Of a DNA stretch of 64,000 nucleotides, positions 56,782-64,000 are shown piece after piece. The stretch is from an uncultured delta proteobacterium (GTDB taxonomy: Bacteria; Myxococcota; UBA727; VGSZ01), in NCBI GenBank assembly GCA_963775425.1, contig CAVZJB010000013.1, positions 257,592 to 321,591 on the forward strand, in the 5' to 3' direction. The notes under the pieces are model-generated. The model saw only the letters and a program-made list of their open reading frames with translations. It did no database searches and was not told the DNA's origin. Position numbers and translations under genes: made by a program. How positions within the stretch are numbered: the stretch's first letter is position 1; every line of letters begins with the position of its first letter.

Positions 56782-57873
56782 TCACAATTGAAATTCGAAC
56801 GGCTGAGTCTTGTCTTGAGGCTCGCTGGTCGTCCGCACCCAGACATCAACACGGTTCCCATCGCCAGCACCCGCCTTCGTCTCTGGCGTCTCCGCGTGCA
56901 CGAGGACGCGGCGCTCGGAGCCGGATTCTGGACCTCCCGCCAACTGAAACATGACCTGTGGCTTCGTGGACTTAGCCTCAAGTGCGGTCACGGAGTGACC
57001 GAAAGCCGCGAGGTACTTTGGTTGGAGCGCTTCAACTGCGTCCCAATACTGTTGCGGAAGCGACTCCACTTGGAGCCCTACATAATCCTTCTCAACATCC
57101 CGCCTCGTTAATGGGAAGTGGTGGGAAAAGAAGCCGCCACCAATCTTGTCAACGATGGCATCAATCTTTGCCTTTTCGGGTCGCGGGATCGAGATGTGTC
57201 TCAAGGACGCGACGAGTGATCATCCTGGAAAGCTCATAGGCCCGCTCCACTGCGCCGATCGCAAGCGGATCGATGTGGTCGAAGAGATGGCCAACAATGG
57301 TCGTCATATCGGACGGTGAGTACCGCTGCGGATCCTGTCCCTCCTGTTGCTGCGCCTTAAGCTGTGATGCAATGAATCGAATGCAATGTTTGAGGTCTTC
57401 AACACTAACAGGAATAGTGTTTCCCTTCGGATCACGCGGCATCAGTGGATGGTTTGTGGTCGGATCCACAGGCCCCAGCGTTGACAGGGGTCCAAGGATC
57501 AGGGTGTTCGCACCGAGAGCGACATGGGTGCCAGCGCTCCGCGCCCTGCTGGGAACGAGTACGGCAAACTCGTCGCAGAACTCGCGAACCAGCGAAACCA
57601 CTTGCCATGGCACTTCGGTCTGCCCTCCCAGCGTATGAACCCAGAGATCTAACTTTGGCACCTTGCCGCGCGCTCGCAGGACCTCGTAGAGCGGCGCGAT
57701 GACGGCTGGTGTGAGCGGTACGCCATCTCTCATGATCGAGTAACCAGCGGCCCATTAGCGCGCTCCGCTTCAACCTTCTGACGGAGCGCAAGGTTGTCCA
57801 CGACGCGTACGCGTTGGCACGCGCCAGTGAGCGTGACTTGGGGTCCCTGGGCAGGCGGAGGAGCAGGGGGCAT
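56782..57873 (-). pseudogene. SDH-family (ClpP-fold) serine proteinase split by two frameshifts
   Basis: LDLWVHTLGG, VPSRARSAGTHVALGA..LGPVDP, FFSHHFPLTR in the next frame. Confidence 0.75.
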
Positions 57874-58536
57874 GAAGGAGCTTCCGCTATCGCCACCGCC
57901 GATCCAGTGCCGGGTCTCGAAGTCAGCCCGGCTGTAAGTCCTTGAAAATTCAGGGATGGTTGTCCGCTGCTTGCGTCCGCCCCGCCGACGTCTGCTTGGG
58001 CGTGCGGTTCTCGCCGATAGCTCGCGGGCGTCGCTCACGTCGCATGCGCCGCCGGACTTGATAAAGGTAGTACCCGGCGTTTGTATCAATAAAACATACG
58101 TATCTTTCCTTGCAATAGCTCTGTATTCCCATCCACCGCAGTTGTAATCTCCAAGCGCTGTAATTGTTCGTTGGCTTCCAGAACCAACTACCGCTTCAAG
58201 TTCACCAGAAAGATGATGTGGACGGTCTCTGACGAGTGCGTGTGCGCGGAATTTGAACGCCTTTTCGGTAGAAGAGCACGGCGACCTCGATCGGCTTGCT
58301 CACCAGCTTCGCGATCTTGATGTTCGAAGATAGCTCTGAAATTACAATTTCAGCTTTTTCCAGTGCCGCAAACAGGTTCGCCATGACGCGGTCCCTTCAG
58401 TTATTAAGATTCGGTAGCATCGTGCGCGTATAGACATGGTAGCGGAAAGCGGGATACGCCGGTCCGCGACGCCTGCTGCGCAGCGCGTCGGTGAACAGGT
58501 GGAGGAAACGGAGCGCGACATCTCGATCGCCAGCGG

Positions 58537-59139
58537 CTACGTGGCAGCACCCGCCGCGGCGTTTACCCGCGATTGCTCGAGATCCTCAAGTCTTCCGAGT
58601 ACGGCTTCGAGCTCCTTTTTCTTCTCGGACCGCAGCAACTCGACGGCCGCATGAGTGTTCTTCTCGATGGCGAAGGCGACGCCGATGATTTCGCCGCCGA
58701 TAGCGAGCATCCCGCCGACAAGCACGAGTAGGAAGGCCGCCAGTATCTTGTCCACAGAAACGACCTTGTCGTCGACGGGGACAGCGTACGCGAACGTACC
58801 TGGCTGCTCCTCGCGCAGTTGGTCCAAGACCGCAGCTCGAGGGGTGACGCCGCGACGAAGATCGGCACGTATGCGGGGCGGCACCGACTCGAGTTGCGAG
58901 GCCTTTGCGATCAGCGTTTCACAGTCGGCATCCCGATGCCTGCAAGTCCATTCAAACGCGTCGAAGACCTCCGCCGCGCCGCCACTAAACCGCATCTCGT
59001 CGTACGCGCGCTGAAAGCGGTCCGTCGGATTGACGAAACCGGCAATGCACCCGACGCCGAGGCCCACGAGGAAAGCCAGCCATCCCCCGGCGCGCATCAA
59101 CAGGGAAATCAGCGACAGCAAGGGGAACCGACTGTTCAT
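58537..59139 (-). CDS. hypothetical membrane protein
   Basis: Two TM regions, GEIIGVAFAIEKNT. Confidence 0.6.
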   Translation of the reverse strand: MNSRFPLLSLISLLMRAGGWLAFLVGLGVGCIAGFVNPTDRFQRAYDEMRFSGGAAEVFDAFEWTCRHRDADCETLIAKASQLESVPPRIRADLRRGVTPRAAVLDQLREEQPGTFAYAVPVDDKVVSVDKILAAFLLVLVGGMLAIGGEIIGVAFAIEKNTHAAVELLRSEKKKELEAVLGRLEDLEQSRVNAAAGAAT

Positions 59140-59155
59140 GGATCATCTCCAGACT

Positions 59156-61411
59156 CTACTGGCAGTTCGTCAGTCCGACTCCCTCGTCGACGACGCATCC
59201 ACCGACGAGCTGCATCGATGCGCTCACGCCCGCCGCTTCTGCAAACGGAGCCGAGGCTTCGTCGAGGTGCCAGAGGCCGCGAACGGCGAAGTCGACCGGT
59301 TGACGGCGACTCGGCGTGAACGCACCCGTGTATCGAGCGCCGCGGCTAATTCGGAGGTCGTCGAGCTGACCGTTGAACTGGACGCCGTCGAAGATCCTGC
59401 CGCATGCCGAACCACCACTCGCCCGGCGGCATGTCGAACATCGGATCGTTCAACGTGCTCGACCCTTCAAACGAACCGTCCAAGAAGATCGAGACGGCGC
59501 CGTTGTCGACGATGAGCGCCGCGTGGTGCCACACGCCCGCGGAGATCGGAGTCACGCCGAAGAACTCGGTGCGCGTGGCGACGCCGCCGTAGTCGACGAC
59601 GACGTCGAGGAGATGGTCCCCTTTGTGGATTTGGAAGACGACGTCGGGCTGGTCTCCGTTGACCTGGAAGTACGAGAAGAGGATCGGGTTGAAGATCGCC
59701 GGATTCGCGTCGTCCGCCGCCGTGTGCCCCTTCCAAAGGAACCACCCGTCGACCGTGTACGAAGTTCCAAGACATCCGGCTACGCCGGCTGGCGCAACCA
59801 GGTAGCTGCGACTGCCCCCGTCGAGAACCTCGGCGACATGGGAAACCGCAGGAGCCGCTGCTTCAGTCCCCGATGGGATGGCGCACGCAAGATCGTCGAT
59901 CCCACCCGCACAGGTGGCCACGAATGCAGCGGTGCCGGTGAGGCCGAGATCGAGGCCGTTCGCAGACTCATCTCGCGTCGGGTTGCCGCCGGACGCGTCG
60001 AAGCGCCAGAGTGCGACCGTGTCCGCATCGCGTGCAAAACGCAGCGGAGGCGCGAACGAGTTTCCGCTGTACCAAACCGAGGACGAGACTCGAACTTCGT
60101 CGATCGCCCCTTGGAGTGGTTCTCCGCCGGCAAAGTTGGTGCCGATCTTGACCGGACCAGTCCCGTACGCAGCGTTCGCAGCGGCGGCAGAAACCGTGAG
60201 CGTCCCGACGAGACTTCCGTCGACGTAGAGACGACGCGCGGTTCCCTCAGCGACGCCAGCGACGTGATGGAATGTTCCCAAGCTGATGCCGACGCTGTAG
60301 TTGCCGACCTCCGTCACTGCCGGGAAGCCGTCATGCACGCCGAACTGCATTTGGTCGGGATCGACGTTCAGGAAGAACCCGACGGAGTTTCCGGCGACGT
60401 TGCCGCGAGTATCGAGGATGTAGTTCTGACTGAAGCCTGCGTCAGCGTCGATGCGCACCCAGGCTTCGACTGTTGCTCCACTCGTGCTCGCGGGCGTCGG
60501 CAGCGGAGTACCGGTAACCGCGCCCGATGATCCCGGCGCGACCGACGAGCACTCCTCGATGACGTCTGCGGACGCTGTGGCCGGTGCGCTTGAGTCGGTT
60601 CCGTCGGTTGCCAGCACGCTGCACGTCCAGAGTTGACCGGGATCGGTCTCGGTGGCAGGTACCGTGTCGCCGGACAGCGTCGTCGTCGTGCTTCCCGCAA
60701 ACGAAGTACCGTCGTGATCCCAAGTGATGACGTACGAGACGCTGTCGCCGTCGGCATCCGTCCCATCGGTTATCACCTGGCAGACGAGGTCGGTCCCGTC
60801 AGGAGCTGGCGTTGGCACTATCGCGATCGCCGGCGACGTTGGCGGCGAATTCTGCACAATGACCGGAGCCGACGTGAGCGTTGAGCCCGTGCCGCAGGCG
60901 TCGAAAGCGGAGACGACGACCACGACATCGTCGCCGCGCACCAGGGTTCCGCCGCTGAGCGTATCGACGCCGACGCCAGATGCGACCACCGTGCCGTTCA
61001 CCTGCCAGACGAAGCTGAAGCTGATCGCATCTCCGTCAGCATCCGCGGCGCCGACGGGCGTCGCCGTCAGGTCGCCGCCCGCGAACGTCGGTGTTGGCCC
61101 GACCGCAACGGATGTGAACGTCGGCGGCACGTTCCCGGTGCAGCCGCCTTCGCCCTCGCCTTCTCCTTCGCCCTCGCCTTCGCCCTCACCCTCTCCTTCC
61201 CCCGCCCCTTCTCCTTCTCCTTCTCCCCTTCGCCCTCGCCCTCGCCCTCACCGGCGACGCACTCGTTGCCGACGCGGACCGTGCCAGCGCCGCATTCCGC
61301 GCTCGGCCCAGCATCCGGCGCTCCGCCGTAGATGTACTCAGCGCCACAGTTGCAGCCGCCGACGAGCGCAACGAGCGCGATCGCGATGACCTTGACGACG
61401 GACGCAGTCAT
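59156..61411 (-). CDS. secreted Ig-like plus two LamG domain protein with (GE)n linker; frameshifts near 61200 and 59395
   Basis: VGGCNCG signal; DADGDAISFSFVW and NSPPTSP Ig repeats; TVEAWVR/HHVAG/GAIDEVRVS and WHHAA/GQLDDLRIS. Confidence 0.7.
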
Positions 61412-61629
61412 CGAACCCCCGGCCGGTAGGAGTACCCCGCATCCAGGACATCGTCACGGTCGAACCTTCGCTGGTCCAACCCGAGACACGGCCGGCGTTG
61501 CCGATCTGGCGCATACGACGCTTGTCGCTTTGGCGCTTCTTCCGCGGCAAGCGTCGCGGGACTTGATCTGGGATCTCAGCGGACAAGAAGCTCGGTCGAC
61601 GTCTCGCTACCCTCCGCGCGGCCTCGCGG

Positions 61630-61917
61630 ATGTCTCAGCGCGATGTCGCCGAGGCCGCGGGAATAACAGACCAGGCGCTCAGTAGGATTGAGACGGGGAC
61701 ACGGGCGCCACGCGTCGAGACCCTTCGAGCGCTTGCCGCCGCCCTCGGGGTGCCGCTTAGCGAGTTGCTCGACGAGAAGGCCCAACGGCCGCCGTTGCGG
61801 CGCCGGGCGGACATCGAGAAAGTTGCAGATTTCTCGCCGATGCGTCGCCAGAATCTCGTTCGCTTCACACAACGCTTCGTCGAGCTGCTCCTCGACGAAC
61901 GTCGAGGACGCCGCTGA
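61630..61917 (+). CDS. XRE-family HTH regulator (true start may be upstream)
   Basis: SQRDVAEAAGITDQALSRIETGTRAPRVETLRALAAALGV. Confidence 0.85.
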   Translation: MSQRDVAEAAGITDQALSRIETGTRAPRVETLRALAAALGVPLSELLDEKAQRPPLRRRADIEKVADFSPMRRQNLVRFTQRFVELLLDERRGRR

Positions 61918-61926
61918 AGCGCCGGC

Positions 61927-62715
61927 CTACGATAGCGGCAACCTCACGCACGTGATGCCGAGTTCCTCGAGGAACGAGCGCAACTCCGTGATGACCGGGT
62001 CCTTGAGATCGTCTGGCTCGCCAACGATCCCGACAATCAGGTTGTCGTCGTATCGCTTCTTCCGGTAGTAGACCGCTTGGCCAACGAGGCGTTGCATCTC
62101 TGCCGAACTGGTCTGCAGCGACGCCGCAAGCTTTACCTCGACGCCGACCTTTCCGTTGCCAATGTCGATGTCGATCCGCCAGCCGTTGAAGCCGCCAACC
62201 GAGTACTGATCAGCGACCGCTGCGAATTTCGGCCCGAGTATCTCCACGATGAGCTCGTGCCGTCGGCCTCGCTTCGAACTCGTCCGCGGCAGGATGATTG
62301 TCTCGAGAACACTGAGGACCGCGGCCTTCGTCGGTGGCAAGTATTCTGGTTCCGCGAGCAGCTCGGCAGTAGTCTTCTGCGGAACGAGGGCCGAGCCCAG
62401 CACGCCGCCCAACAAGGCGACAAGGGCCGCGGCCATCTAATCCTGCGGTCGCGCTGGATGCTGTGGGTATCGCAGACGACTCTCAGCGCGTCCGCCGAGA
62501 AGAGCGAAAAGAACTCGGCAGCATCGATTGCTGTCCGCGTAGACCCGTAAGAGGCGATCGATCCTCTCTGCCTTCGCGCCTCCCTGCGGGAGGCTCGCCT
62601 GGAACAGCGCGTCGGCAAGTTCCTGAACGGAAAAGCTGTCGAGCAGATTATTGAGCGCACCCGGATCGATCGCGCCTCCCTCAACTGATCGGTCGCCGAT
62701 GAGCATAGCCGGCAT
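61927..62715 (-). CDS. putative SAP-like plus PD-(D/E)xK nuclease-like protein, frameshifted
   Basis: RIDIDIGNGKVGVEVKL..QRLVGQAVYY; N-terminal LADAL..LPQGGAKAERIDRL in another frame. Confidence 0.5.
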
Positions 62716-62759
62716 CGTTCCAGGGTGCCGCTGGGCCGTCGTCCTGACGTGGATGGCGC

Positions 62760-63828
62760 TTGTGTGACGCGGATCAGCGCGGCGTCAGCTCCGATCCGCG
62801 TCGTCCTCTGCGGGATCCTTCGATCCCGCGGAGGCGGCGTGCCGATACCGAAAAGATCCAGGCCACATCTGCGACGGCCACAACTTCGTTGCTCAACATC
62901 CCGCTCAACCGCGTGGCCCCATCAATCGCCAACCCGCGCATGACCCTCGACAAGGAGGCGCTCCAAGAACTGATGAAGAGCATCGCGACCAACGGCCTCC
63001 TGCAACCGATCGCCGTCCGTGTCGCTGGCGACAAATACGAGATCGTCGGCGGGCACCGCCGGTTCCACGCCGTGCAGGAGCTCGCCCGCAAGCACCCCGA
63101 GGACGCACGCTTCGCAACGATCGCCGCCCTCGTGGTCAACCTCGCCGACAAACAGATCGCTGGCGCACGTCTCGCCGAGAACATCAGCCGCGCCGACCTC
63201 TCGCCGCTGGAGATCGCCGAGGGCATCGCCGATGCGCTCGACAAGGGCATGACGCAAGTCGAGCTGGCACAGAGCCTCGGTTGGGAGGAGCGCAACGTCT
63301 ACCGCTACCGGCAATTTCATCAGGCGCCGGCATGGCTCAAGGCGTTCGGGAGCGTGGTGCCCTCGCCGGTGAAGAAGCTCGATGAGGCCGGCGTGCCCGT
63401 CCTCGACCCGGTCACCGAAGCGCAGGTTAGCACCAGATCGAGAAGCTCCCCGGCCTCGAGCTCACCCATCTGCTCGAGCTCTTGAGGCTCTACAACGTGC
63501 TCCGGGACATCGATGTCCTTCAACTCGCCGAGCAGGGCGGCGAGAAATTCAAAGCGCAGGCTGAGCGGACCATCCGTCGCCTCGCGCGCGAGGCGGCGAA
63601 GGAGCAATGGTCCATCGCCAAGCTCCGTACCGAGATCAAGCGCGTCAAAGACCCGGCGCCGAAGACGCCGGCGTCCGCCAAGCCGGCGTTCGCCATCACC
63701 AAGAAGTCTGCGTCAATCGACTTGACGCGCACGCTGCCGCGCAGCGAGCGCAACGAGCTGGCCGCGCGGCTCAGGCCGCGCTCGTCGCCTTCGGCTTCAA
63801 GACCGTCGTCATCACCGACGTCGCGTGA
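62760..63828 (+). CDS. ParB/RepB/Spo0J family partition protein, frameshifted
   Basis: NPR..LQELMKSIATNGLLQPIAV..YEIVGGHRRFHA..AENISRADLSPLE..MTQVELAQSLG. Confidence 0.85.
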
Positions 63829-63895
63829 ACATCACGGTGAGCGCCGGCGCCGAAATGGGCGCCGGCGCCACCAATGTCGCCAGCGACAATTCAAT

Positions 63896-63997
63896 CAAGA
63901 TGCCAACTTAAGCCGCCAAGACGAGGCGTCACCAAGGGGTTGCAACCAAGATGACATGGCATCTTGAAGAATCTCAAATCCAATCAGGAAGATGCCA
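63896..63997. repeat. (C)AAGATGCCA direct and inverted repeats, candidate parS or iteron region
   Basis: Copies at 63896, 63947-63966 (dyad CAAGATGACATGGCATCTTG) and 63989. Confidence 0.55.
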
Positions 63998-64000
63998 TCA

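Overview
High-GC (~75%) chromosomal window, most likely from a myxobacterium-like deltaproteobacterium (MYXO-CTERM-type tails, (GE)n linker surface proteins). It carries ordinary genes (aminopeptidase P, sirtuin, msrA, slt, HtrA, kdsC, two ECF sigmas, two ABC-F proteins, thiO, P450/TetR). Three accessory features stand out. (1) ~28.5-38.4 kb: an integrase-less, integron-like cassette array with an attI-like site and four atypical attC-like hairpins whose core heptamers match from one cassette end to the other. The cassettes are ParA+HEPN, an IS91-like Y2 HUH transposase that itself looks like a cassette, a DUF3644-type HEPN gene, a short ORF-less cassette and a cupin. An IS110 element interrupted by a complete IS66 (8-bp TSD) is nested inside. 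(2) A GTAG-type REP family with local tandem amplifications of 9, 23, 27, 40 and ~150 bp, linked to a cluster of intact and internally deleted four-helix-bundle genes (53.9-56.5 kb, remnant at 14.4-14.9 kb). (3) A lower-GC island at ~56.5-64 kb ending in a ParB gene followed by candidate parS-like repeats. Several single-base frameshifts may be assembly errors. All calls come from reading the sequence; no database searches were run.
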